Part shown: piece by piece, positions 52,810-64,000 of the stretch
Layout of the letters: each line of letters opens with the position of its first letter
Numbering within the stretch: the stretch's first letter is position 1
NCBI GenBank assembly: GCA_028534125.1
Contig: CM052817.1
Location: 15,936,001 to 16,000,000, forward strand
From: Lama glama
Taxonomy: Eukaryota
Length of the DNA stretch: 64,000 bases
Direction: 5' to 3'
Program-made: the position numbers and the translations under genes
The notes under the pieces: model-generated
What the model saw: the letters and a program-made list of their open reading frames with translations, nothing else
What the model was told of the DNA's origin: nothing
The model's database searches: none

Positions 52810-53810
52810 CACGGTGTAGCAAAATGTTTTAGAACGTGGACTCTGGAATGAGACTGCCCATGTTTGATTACCACTGACTAGCTGTGTGACCTTGGGCAAG
52901 TTACTTAACCTCTCTTTGTCCCAGTTTCTTCATCTGTGAAATGGGGATAATGATAGTGCCTATCTCCAGGCGTTATTTTGTGGATTAAATGTAAAGCATG
53001 GAGAACAAAAAAAAGAAAGAAAGAAAGAAAGAAAGAAATTACTGTATATCCACCAGGATGAGTAAAATTAAAAAGACTGACAATACCAAGTGTTAGCATA
53101 GATGTAAAGTTACTAGAATTCTCATGTATTGCTGATGAGGGTGTGAGTTGGTCCAACTACTTTGTAAAACTATTTGGAAGTCTCCACTAAAGCCAAACGC
53201 ATGCCTACTTTATGGCCCTGAAACTCCACTCCTAGGTTTATGTCCAATAGGATTGAGCATATATGCCCACCAAAAGTCATGTATGAAAATGTTTCCAGCA
53301 TTTTGAATTATATTAGCCCCAAGCTGAAAACAACTCAAACTGTTCATCAACAGGAGAAGGACTAAATTGTGGTAAATTAATAAAATGAAATACTGCACAG
53401 CAGTAAAATAATTACTAACATGTGTAACAGCATGAGTAAATCTCGTAGGCATTTTGTTGAGCAAAAGAAGGACACAAAACAATAAATAATGTATGATTTC
53501 ATTGACATGAAGTACAAGAACTGACGTAAATGATAATGACAGAAGTAACCTCTGGGAGTAGTTACCCTTTGGGTAAGGTAGTGCCCTAAAAAGGCACAAG
53601 GGAACCTTCTGGAGTGTTGGAATTATTGTATGCACATATAAAGATTCATTCAGCTGTACACTTGAGATTAAAGCACTTACATACTTTACTGTATGTTCTG
53701 TACATGGATCAAAAGTAAATTGTACTATAAATTACTTAGAACCATGTCAGGTACAAAGTACAGAGTACTTAGGTACATAGTAGGTACTATGGAAGTGTTT
53801 GCTATTATCT
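52810..53810 (+). mobile_element. MIR SINE split by an L1ME insertion
   Basis: Near-consensus core ctagctgtgtgaccttgggcaagttacttaacctct...tttcttcatctgtgaaatggggataat (52878-52951). The tail resumes at about 53735 (cttagaacc...gtacatagtaggtact). Confidence 0.88.
53035..53720 (+). mobile_element. L1ME-type LINE 3' fragment
   Basis: aaaattaaaaagactgacaataccaagtgtt...ccactcctaggttta...aatgaaatactgcacagcag...cagctgtacactt. Confidence 0.85.
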
Positions 53811-55520
53811 TGTATTCTGTCCCTCGAGTTATCTGTCCATTTCAGAGTTTACAGCATTTCTTGAGAATTTAAATATGCTACGATGTTACAAAAGTTATCA
53901 AACACAGTCCCCAACTTCACAAGTAGTCACGTTATTTGAGGAGACCTGTTAACCAGTTCCAGCTCCTACTCAGGAAGCATCGTACTGGCTTAACCATTCA
54001 GCATACAGGCTCTGAAGTCAAAAAAGCCTGCCTTTGATTCTTGGTCCTGCCATTTACAAGCCTTGGCAATATTTCTAAACATCCCAGAGTCTTGACTTAT
54101 CTTTAATCTACAGTTGATAATAGAAGTTGCTTCATAAGTTTGTTGTGAGATACTTTTAAGAAGTTAACTACTATTACTATTTTTAGATTGACTTAATCTT
54201 TAATTTTACAGGCATTAATTACAACTGAGTTATAGCTGTGTTCTCAGGTCCACCTTCATTGGAACCATTTCGGAATATTTATGTAGACATCACGTAAGGA
54301 AGGCTAAATGATCTTTCAAGATCACACGGGAATATCAATTCCAATTTATTTACAGACATGTTTGTGAAAACTTGTCAATATAGTGGTCAATTATGATTTT
54401 ATTTTTAAGTATTAGCTCTATCACCAGCAGAGAAGGCAGGCCATCCCTAACCTTATGTTTGCATTTGTCTCTTGATGACTGACAGATTTTCCAATGACCT
54501 AAAAGAAAAAAAATCAGTGTAGGCTTCTGCATTTGTGAGCGTGGATTGTACCGGTGTTTGGATACGTCCCTTCCTCAACCTTGCCAAACCACCTAAGCCT
54601 CTTTCCTCTTTGTATCTGTGACATGCTGTGTGTATGTACTTTTATCACTGCATATATATTGCCCAATCACGCCTTCATCCATGTACGTGGCTGCCAGCCC
54701 CGTGAGACCACAAACTACTAAAAAGCAGAAGCCAGGGCTTGCTCGTCCCCTACCTGCCAAAGCTTAGTATGGTGCCTGGTACAAAGTAAGTACTCAACAA
54801 TTTTGTGTTGACCTAAATGTCTAGAATGATCCAGGCTGTTGCTAGCCTAAATGGTGGCTTTTTAAAAATCAAAGACACCCTTTTCTTCTAGCACAAGCAT
54901 CCCACACCAGGACACACAGCTCAGCAAGCTGAGAATGGACTGGATTTCAGCCCCTGACTTGGCCTCTCAAACCAAGTCCCCTTGTGAAGTAAATATCCTG
55001 CCCAAACATGAGTGAACAACCAAAAGAACACCATGACCTTGGAGAACAAAACAACATAAAGGGCCTATGGCTTCACCGGGTATAATTCCCCGGTTCAGGA
55101 TTATCTGCGGCCCCCTCTATAAACCAAATCTGAACGTCTTTGTCACTTCTAGACGAGATGCCTGCAATTCTAGGGGGACCCAAAGAGTAGGAGGTTGACC
55201 TGGGTGCAGGAGAGGTGGCCCAAACCTTCCTTTAATGGGAGAATCAGGAGCACCCAGGTGCCTACTGAGCCAATGCGGTTAACTCGAGGTTAGAAAAAGT
55301 CTGTAAGTGACATTTATAATTCAGGGACCAGGTACCAGGGTAATTGCCTCTCCCGATACTGACCCTCCAAAGTTATTTGGACCCAGCCTATTCTTCTAAT
55401 TGTCTTCCCCCAGGTGGTCCAGAGCAAGAACATTCCAAATCGGGGCCCCAACACTCCCAGCTGCTCTCCCTGAGGGCAGTATTTCCTCTGGGACCCTCGA
55501 AGTAGAAGAAGAATCTTTCT

Positions 55521-55706
55521 TTTTGATTTACAGTGTTGTGTTAGTTTCTGGAGTACAGCATAGTGATTCTGTTATACATATGTATATATGTGTACATTTT
55601 CTTTTTCATACTCTTTCATTAGAGGTTACTATAAGTCACTGAATACAGTTCTCTGTGCTGTACAATAACATGTAAAAATAAAATAAAGTAATTTAAAAAC
55701 AGAAAC
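55521..55706. mobile_element. Short L1 3'-end insertion, 5'-inverted, with a perfect 14-bp TSD
   Basis: Antisense L1 3' UTR at 55521 to about 55665, then an A-rich tail. TSD agaagaatctttct at 55507-55520 and 55707-55720. Confidence 0.85.
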
Positions 55707-56504
55707 AGAAGAATCTTTCTATATGGGCTGCTGGCTTGGATTTTTCCTTTCAGTTCTTTTTTTTTCCTCCCTCTGGTTGTGTTTATGAAAGCAAATGGCT
55801 ATATTCGGCAGTGGACCCATCTACAGTTTAATTTCTATTTAAACCTTGTAAGTGCACCCCAGACACTGCACTGAGATGGGCATTCCAGAATCCAAATAGA
55901 GCAAGTGATATACAGCAGACGCTGGCAAATCCTCCCTCTTAACTCCTCAGGCTTGGTAATTCCCCACAGAACACTGACAGCCTCACCTCACGTCACCACA
56001 GAGATTTAATAGCTAAGAGCCACAGTGAGGTCTTGTCTTACACAATTTAATTACACTCACGAAATAGACAACAGTGCATTTACTGGCCCACCATTAAATA
56101 TTATCATAAGTAATTTAAACTCAACTTCACTTGTCCAAATATATGGACAAAATACATTCTGTCATCCCAAAGCTTTAATGTTCCCTCCATAACTGTGAAT
56201 CATCGACAAACCCTCAGTAATTTATTCTGCTTTCCAATTGGAAGCATATCTTAAAGGAAGAAAAGTCAGAATGTGCAACACTTCTGATAGTAAACTTGTC
56301 CACCTGCTATCCAACGTAAATTAAGGAGCCATACTTTAGTGATTCAATTACACCGCTGAGTAATTGAAAATACGCAATTACAAGGAGTTGAGGTTCTTAT
56401 GAGAAATATAATGTCTGCATTCCAGATTCCCTAGTATTTGATTTGTAATTGGAATATTGGCATAATATTCCACATTTGAGAGGAATTGCTCCCTACTGGA
56501 TAGT

Positions 56505-56980
56505 TCTAGAATCAGAATATTTAGGGTTACAAAGACCCTAAGAGCTCATCATGCTTAACCCCTTGTTTTATGTATGAGGAAATGGAGGTTCAAAGATCAG
56601 TAGCTTATAAAATGCAAAGAGAGGCCTTCTGACTCCAATTCAGAAAGTTTAGCATCATGGTCAAATTCACAGTCTTTGGAGTTGGACAAAATTCAACCCT
56701 GATGATATACAAGCCACTCAGTCATTCTACGCCTTTGTTGCTTCTTCTTAAATATGGTAAATCCTAGAGCAACCGGATACTAGTATCTAGTTAAATAAAG
56801 ATGTCTGTGTTTCTTCGTCGGTTACATAGAGATAACTCCTAAAGCGATTTGCAACAGAGAACAACACTTAGAGTTACCGACAGAGTATGTTTTCTAAAAC
56901 AGTATAATGTTCAGCACACAGTAAGTACTCAATAAAAATTAGCCACCACTGCTGCCACCACCATCATCACCATCATCATG
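56505..56980. mobile_element. MIR3 (-) plus MIR (+) with a (CAC/CAT)n tail
   Basis: ttttatgtatgaggaaatggagg (minus); gcacacagtaagtactcaataaaaattagc followed by cac/cat repeats (plus). Confidence 0.68.
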
Positions 56981-58154
56981 TCCAGTGCCAGTCACTGTAT
57001 CATTTCATAGGCTTTTACTTAAATCCCATTAACACTCTCAATATCTAACCAACAGTTTGGCCACAACATATCACGGTTACTGTTCCACAAATAGCCAGAG
57101 TATCTTTACATTCTATTCCAAAGACAACACACCTTACCGCACACTTCTCCAATTGAAAAACTGGATCCCTCTTTGTTTTAAGGACAACACACTAACCAAC
57201 CATTAAGCTTCCAATGCTTGATTCATTTCTTGGGTTATATGCTGGCTAGGTATGTCTGCATCAGGTGCAACACTTTATCTGATCAGTCTTCCTATGTTAG
57301 CCATCCCAACTCAAACACAAGCATAGATTTGCCATTTTAGCTCTGTAACTAACAGTTGCATCTTAATATGCAAATATTTCTTAAATTACAAATGATTATT
57401 CCCATCATTGACCTCCATTCTTTCTCTTGACAGAGGAAACCATAGCTTCTTCGAAACCCAAAATAAGCACATGTGATCAAATACTAATTTAGCAATAAAC
57501 AGAAAATTGACTTCAAATCATCTCTCTGTCACTCTAATTGATTAACAGTCACATGAAAATTGATAACATGATTTTCAGCAACAGAGCGTGTGGCACAAGC
57601 TCGTCGGTTCTATTGGCTTTGGATATTGACTTCCTTCCAAATAAAGCTTTTTAAGAGTACATTAGTGAGTCCACTAATAATCTTAAAAAGCAGTCTAATT
57701 ACAATAATGAACTCTGTACAATGAGTTAATGCAGTGCTAAAGCTTACAGATCTGAGTCTCTCACTGAAATAAAAACAAAGTACAAATTCTGCTGAATGTA
57801 GGACAATCATAGTTTTATTTCACTGGGAATGAATAAATGACTATTGTCTTCTTTGCTTCTCTAGCATTCTGGTGAGATATATTCACATGATATCAACCTG
57901 CCTTAAAATTGTCCCAACATTCATAAAATTTATCTTAACATAAAATTAATTTTAAGCCACTGTTTACATGGCTCAATCAGAAACCATCCTTAAGAAGTAG
58001 AAGGTTGAAAAAAAATAACCAAAATAAAGCTACATTGGTCTAGGTTGTGAGTATTTCTAAACTGGGTAAGTTATTATAGCAGAACTTGACTTCAGTTCAT
58101 GTTGGCAGGAGGAAAACAGAAATTGGGATTATAGTAAAGCAAGCTAAATATCAC

Positions 58155-58652
58155 TGTGCTGAACATTCCCTATTTGTTCCTCCAGATCTATGCTTCATGC
58201 TTCTCTATTACCTGTGCCCCTGGAGGCTGAATATTAAAGATTGTGTCCATGGGTTTCCTGGCCTTCCCCTTCTGAGTAGATGTTAATATTACAAAGCACT
58301 AACAGTAGATCCAAGGCCAGAAGAAAAACGAAGTGTGTATGTTCCCTCCAATGCCCTCCCTGCTGGGCACGGGTTGAAAAACACCTCATTCCTCCCACAA
58401 AGTCTGCACTGCTGAGATGGACCCTATCCACCAGCTACAGCTACAGCTCTCTGGGTTCCTGAACAAGCTCTCTTTCCTGGCACCTTCATGTTTAAAGGTT
58501 GTCAGGCCCTTCCACTATTGCTAGCCCTTGGGATTCATCATTTGTTGATTTCCTTTAACCCTTTCCACATCCTTGAAAATAGTCTCTGCATTAAAATCTA
58601 ATCCCATTTGAGTGTGCCATCTGTTATCTTCCCCAGAACTCTGACTGATACG
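58155..58652 (+). mobile_element. ERVL solo LTR (LTR33-like)
   Basis: tgtgctgaacattccc...ctgtgcccctggaggctg...cccatttgagtgtgccatctgtt...ctgactgatac. Confidence 0.8.
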
Positions 58653-58669
58653 TCTACCTTCCATTAACA

Positions 58670-58926
58670 CAGTGGTTCTCGGCCTGTTGGGAATTACAAA
58701 TCTCTTTGAGAGTCTAAGTGGAAAAAAAGAAGAAGAAGAAGAAGAAGAAGAGGAGGAAGAGGAGGAAGAAGAAGAGGAAGGAGGAGGAGGAGAAGAGAAA
58801 AAAGCTATGGAGACCTCTCTCTGCCAAAATTCACACAGTTACATGCATGTGAATTTCCTGATACAATTTCCAAGAGCTGATGGACACCTTGAAGCATATC
58901 CATGGATACCTAACTGTGAACCCCTA
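58670..58926 (+). mobile_element. MER103C-like hAT MITE containing a GAA/GAG/GGA expansion
   Basis: cagtggttctc...ctctttgagagtct [repeat] aaagctatgga...tacaatttc...tccatgga...gaacccct. Confidence 0.72.
58728..58797. repeat. Compound (GAA)n/(GAG)n/(GGA)n purine microsatellite
   Basis: Read directly; it produces the poly-Glu/Gly stretch in ORF 58672-58944. Confidence 0.92.
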
Positions 58927-61900
58927 CTATGTTTAAGAAAATAGTTTTTATTTTCAGAAGAGAATTATATAGGTACCATGTTGTTCTTTAAAGAGTCCTA
59001 CTTTGGATATCAGATTGTTAAATATGAAGTTATAAAAAAAGCACCTCACCCCTAAAAGATCCAAATAAAGAATAAATATAAAAGATATTACTTGATAATG
59101 CATCTTTCATTTTATTACCTTCCTTGCTTGCCATATCATGTAAGTATTTACCACATATACCCTTAGAATGTTTTTCCATTGGCCAATGTTTTACCTACTT
59201 GTAAAGCTTATTATTTATCATTTCAAGTGCCATCTGGACTATTGGTAAGTAAATGTCTTAAAAAAAATTCTCTGAAAGAGATTTCTTAAAGTTTTACCAT
59301 CTACCAGACCCACTCAACATTCGAAAGCCTGCTCTCCAAGGATGCTAATATGCATTCAGCTTTTTTTTTTATTAACACTGGTGGCTTCACAGTGTTAAAA
59401 ATGTATACACCAAGTTACCCCAATAGAAAACAAGCACGGATTGTGATGAAAAATAAATTCCACTTCAAATAGTCACCTCTCTGCCTATATGCCTTCCTCA
59501 TGGTCCAGGATGTGCATCTTTCTAAGAAAAAAAGAAAGCTAAAGTCCAACACTCCAGTGCACTTGAATTTCTTAAGGTCTCCATCAGTGGCTAGTAAAAG
59601 GTACAGTGCGCTGCATAATCCTCGACTCCAGAAAACACATGCTACTTATATTCCTTAAGTTACTGGCAGCTTAAGTTATTCTGCATGGTTCAGAGAAAAA
59701 CAAAAGAACCAATACAACAGACACTGGACCATATAAATGTCAACTAAAGACTACGTGGAAAAAACCTTGGTTGATGGTTTCTTCTTATGTCAGTCATCTT
59801 AATGACCCTGTATTTAAAAATCATCTTTTTTTTATAAACTTGTTTAAATATCATGATATAGTATATATAAACTTGTATGTGTCCTATGGGCATATAAATT
59901 ATTCTTTTTTTAGCCTCCCAAAATAAGACTAGCATAAAAGATACCATTGATGTTCACAATTTTTAAGAACACATGGATATATAAACTCTACAATTCACAT
60001 ACTTTATAGTAGCAGAATGCCTCTCTTTATCACTCTATATTATTTTCTTTGTTAACAAAGATCGCCTTGACTATTCTGGTGATGATCTTTACCATCTGTC
60101 TTCAGCAGTACTGAGAGAGTGGTCTTAGCCTAAAATGTTATTTTTGTCCCTGCCATGAAGTTACCAACCTTAGGCACTCTCTGGGGTCAGCAAACTGATG
60201 TCTTCCCTTCATAATTTCTCCACGCCGATCCTCTCCTACTGAATGAAGAGATAACTTCTGTCTAATCTTAAAAAGAATAAACATGCAACTGAATTCAGAA
60301 GTCCCAAAAAGAGCTTTCTCCCCGCTGTCTGCGCTCACCTAGGGAACCCAACCCTGACTCCATCAAACGCACTGCTGCCAAATTAATCTTCCTAAAAGCA
60401 CAGCCCTGGTTGTACCCCAGCCCCAAACCCATCCTGTACAAAACCTTTCAAGGGCTCTTCCTGTCCTTCTGAAGGAAGAAATTGTTTGAACTCTATAGCC
60501 TGGGATTCGGAGCCCTTAATAATCAGGCACTAGTTTTATTCTGACTTTCCACTTCTCTGTTCTGTGTTACTCTAGGTTCCAAATGAATTACATCATCATT
60601 CCCTGGAGGTGCCATATACTTTATAACCATGCCTTCGCTCTTCTCTTCCTCCTCCCAATACAGAATGGCTATTTCAAAGCAGTTCACATGTTACCTCATT
60701 GATAACATAGATGACATCTTTTCTATACCTTCCTGCCCACTGCTCTCCAGTCCGACTCCAGTGATTTATCTAGTAATAGTCTACCTATCTGTAAACTACT
60801 AGATCCAGTTTACCTATTTGTAAAACGGGGTTAATAGTGCTAAGTAATTCTGAGGATTCAATATGTAGAATCCTTAAAGCACCATTATGGTCTTTGTGGT
60901 GGTTGTGGTGGTTATTGCTTTTCTCTTAAAACAGTTACTATGTAGTAAGGAATTTGAAAACGGAATGTGATTTCGTTTGTTTTTGTATCTTCCACTGCCC
61001 CTACCACAGTATAAATAACTTAGAAATAGAGGAAGGACCTCGGAAAGAAACTACATGTCCTCAATTTGGGGGCAAAGAAAGAACCAACGGTTTCAGATTC
61101 TGAGTATAACATCTATGTAGATCAATTTGGCCTGGAAATGCCATATGTGTACACTGGCTTTTGCTTAACAAAGAGTGTTAAATTGGGTCACTGCACTATC
61201 ACTAATTGAATTCTAAAGGATGTCAACCATACTGCCTAGGCTGGGGCTCTTTTGTGCAAGATGGCAGTTGCTTGTAACGAAGACTCCTGCTGCTTTTACC
61301 AAAGGAACTGAGTCTGTCTTTGAGGAGGGCCCATTTCTTCCTTTTCAGCTTTCCTGAGCTCTCACTTACATAGAAAGCAAATTAGATGCCACTGTCATCT
61401 TGGTCTGCCGTTTCTCACAAAACCTTCCTCTTTTAAAAGACCTTGAGGGTCAGATTCTAATCTGACTTGCTCTGTGATGAGTCTCTTAAAAGAACCACTC
61501 TGATGCCTGCAAGCACAGCAGAAAGTATTAGGAAATACAACCTCATTAGTCAAAATCATGGCCACCTCCCAGAAACCTCACATAGGATTGGGGCAGCCAT
61601 GTTGGATTTCTTTCAGTAAGGAATACTACCAAGCATTAACAGGTTTCTTTCTGTCTAAAGATTGCTTCTTTAATCCAGAGCTTGGGGTGAAAAATCTGAG
61701 CTGAGGCACATTCAACTGCTCTGAAACATTTTAGGCATCTTATACACTCAGCTTGCAAAATCTCTGAGCCAAGAGAGCACTGGGTGCATCTCAAAATGAC
61801 ACATGGTGACATGGAGCTCCATCAGAGCACAGGGCATGTAGTTAATTGGCAAAGCTGGTCAGTAGAAAGTCTGCTTCACTCTGCAGAAGCTGGAAGGCCA

Positions 61901-62291
61901 CTTGAGCAACACCCAGAGAAACATTTTAAGTGGACAAGAGTCACAAAACTCCTTGCACTGAGCTCACATGACAACCAAGAAGGCCTCCTTATTTGCCCTT
62001 GTCTTTTACACTCCTCAGGCAGTGCTCTGGAGGGGAAAAGGTAAGGCTTTCCACACAGGCAAGTATTTTAAGCCCTACTGAGCACGAAGTTCTCAGAGGA
62101 CCTACCCACAGCCTGCAGGATCACTGCTTCCTAATTTCCCTGGGTGATTCCTGATGACTCAGCAAGAGCCTACATCTTAATTCTTGCACGAACGGTATCA
62201 CTCGAGTTCCAGGAGTGAGTATTAAGGCCGGAGGACCTCAATACCACTGACTAGTTATGTGACCTGGGGCAATTTTCCTAAGTCACTAAGC

Positions 62292-62490
62292 CTTTTTGTT
62301 TTAATTGAATTATAGTCGATTTACAATTTTGTGTTAATTTCAGGTGTACAGCATAATGATTCATATTCATATTCTTTTTCATTATAGGCCATTAAAAGGT
62401 ACTGAATGCAGTTTCCTATGCAATCTAGTAGGACCTTGTTGTTTATCTATTTTACACATAGTAGTTAGTATCTGCAAATCCCAAACTACT
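62292..62490 (-). mobile_element. Cetartiodactyl L1 3' UTR fragment next to a MIR (about 62200-62292)
   Basis: aattgaattatagtcgatttacaa...caggtgtacagcata...agtaggaccttgttgtttatctatttta; same family as 7644-8160. Confidence 0.85.
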
Positions 62491-62664
62491 TCTCTACAGC
62501 AGAAATTGTTATATGAAAATGAGCATATGTGTGTAAATTATTTTATAATTTGGTAATATAAAATATTTTAAAACTAATGATTAATTTAGATGCTGAACAA
62601 AGATACACCATCCCTCTCTGTCAAAATCTCTCTTTGTGCTTGATGCCCTTACATCGCACATTCC

Positions 62665-62818
62665 GCACTGGGTCCCTAGGGTTGCTGTAACCGAGTACTA
62701 CAAAGAGGGTGGCTGAAAGACAACAGGAATTTATTCTGTCATAATTATGGGAGGCTTAAAGTCTAAAATCAAGGTGTCAGCAGGGCCATGCCTTCTCACA
62801 GCTCTAGAAGAGGAATTC
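62665..62818 (-). mobile_element. MaLR LTR fragment (MLT1B/C/D-like)
   Basis: cctagggttgctgtaac...aatttattctgtca...aagtctaaaatcaaggtgtcagcagggccatg. Confidence 0.8.
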
Positions 62819-63341
62819 TGTGATGGTAAATTGTATGAGACAACTTGACCAAACCACAAGGTATCCACATAATTGGTTAAATATTATTTCTGGGTGTGCC
62901 TGCGAGGGTGCTTCTGGCTGGGACTGGCATTTGAATTGGTAGACAGTGAAGTGGATTGCCCTCCCCACTGTGGGTGAGCATCATCCAGTCTACTGAGGGT
63001 TTGGATAAAGCAAAAATACAGAGGAAAGAATACTTGCTCTCTCTGCCTGTTTGAGTGCAGACATCAGTCGTCTCCTGCCTCAGGTTGGGGTTTACACCAT
63101 CAGCTCTCCTGCTCCTCAGTCTGGAACTTACACCATCAGTTCTTTTGGTTCTTGGCCTTCAGACTCGGATTGGAACTACACCACCAGCTTTCCTGGGTCG
63201 CCAATTTGTAGACAGCAAATTGTGGGACTTTCCAGCCTCCAAAATCACAAGAGTCACTTCCTTCTTCTCTCTCTCTCTCTCCATATACATATATGTATAT
63301 TATTATACCCTAGATATTCTAAGATAATCCTGATTACAAAT
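62819..63341 (+). mobile_element. ERVL solo LTR (MLT2B/D-like)
   Basis: tgtgatggtaaatt...caacttgac...ttatttctgggtgtg...gattgccctcccca...repeated tacaccatcagc...ttgtgggactt, then a CT/TA tail. Confidence 0.88.
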
Positions 63342-63469
63342 ATGTTGGCCCCACAGCTTCACTTGTGCATGTCTAAATACATGTCCCAATACTGGTTTCA
63401 GAAACAGGCTCACTATAAAATATAGGAATCAAAAGAAAAGAAAATGGGGTGTTTTGTTCTTCAAACTCT

Positions 63470-63890
63470 TCACTTTGCTTCATAAAGTCTTTCTCCCACT
63501 CTGTTTCCTCTCTCAGTGAATGACAGTTGGGTGTTCTTAATCCTTTTATCCTCTCTGTCTTCTTCACTCCCAGCCACTAATTCGTAACCCTGTCCATTCA
63601 AACTCTTCCACATTTCTCAAATCAGCCTCCTCTTCCCCATCCCTCACACCACTCCCTTGGTTGGGACTCATTGTGTTTCAGATTATTCAGATTACTTGTT
63701 AACTTGAATGTGTGGCCCCATCAATTCTTCTTCTGCCAGATTGATCTTTCTAAAATGCAAACTTGGTCATTCATTAGCTTTATTTACCTCAGTGACTACC
63801 TAGTGCCTTCAGGACTAAATCCAAGATTCTCAGCATGCCATATGTGGCCAATACTGCTGGCTATGGGTTCATCAAAACTCATTTCCTCTT
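63470..63890 (+). mobile_element. L2 LINE fragment
   Basis: ctctcagtgaatgac...cttccccatccc...gatctttctaaaatgcaaa...aggactaaatccaa. Confidence 0.7.
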
Positions 63891-64000
63891 CTCCTGGGTG
63901 TACAGCTGGTGGTCATTGACTAGCTATCCTTGCAGTTAGTTGTGACCATGTGAGTGTGTTTTTAGACGATGCAACATTAAACAAAATGACATTTGCTATA

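Noticed and set aside
58672..58944. Poly-Glu protein
   Set aside because: It is the translation of a GAA/GAG microsatellite inside a MITE.
59372..59398. Perfect 9-bp hairpin next to a T-run (terminator-like)
   Set aside because: Rho-independent terminators do not apply in a mammal, and a 9-bp AT-rich stem is expected by chance.
62634..62644. miR-218 (TTGTGCTTGAT match)
   Set aside because: Only 11 nt match, the sequence then diverges, and there is no hairpin.
1..64000. ORFs in the supplied track as protein-coding genes
   Set aside because: All are short (up to 193 aa), many start at non-ATG codons, and many overlap repeats or low-complexity DNA. None resembles a protein family I recognise, apart from L1 remnants.

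Overview
Mammalian non-coding DNA, most likely from a camelid: it carries one tRNA-derived SINE matching the camelid Vic-1 family and cetartiodactyl-type L1 3' ends, and I saw no Alu, B1 or Bov-A2. I found no supportable protein-coding gene, RNA gene, CRISPR array or CpG island; the ORF track is explained by chance ORFs, simple repeats and TE remnants. The window looks like a deep intron or gene desert dominated by ancient repeats (about 30 MIR fragments, about 15 L2 fragments, hAT-Charlie/Tc2 MITEs, MaLR/ERVL solo LTRs, old L1M). Several TE-poor unique blocks lie between them (about 15.5-20.9, 37.5-38.5, 42-43.3 and 55.7-58.1 kb), rich in TF motifs and resembling conserved non-coding enhancers of a developmental locus. 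The best leads are a dense GATA-site cluster, a pre-miRNA-sized hairpin with a miR-195-3p-like arm, several small candidate exons and a twin-primed inverted L1. Repeat names come from recalled consensus sequences, not a database search; boundaries are approximate unless TSDs are given. I could not identify the host gene and found no convincing novel biological system.
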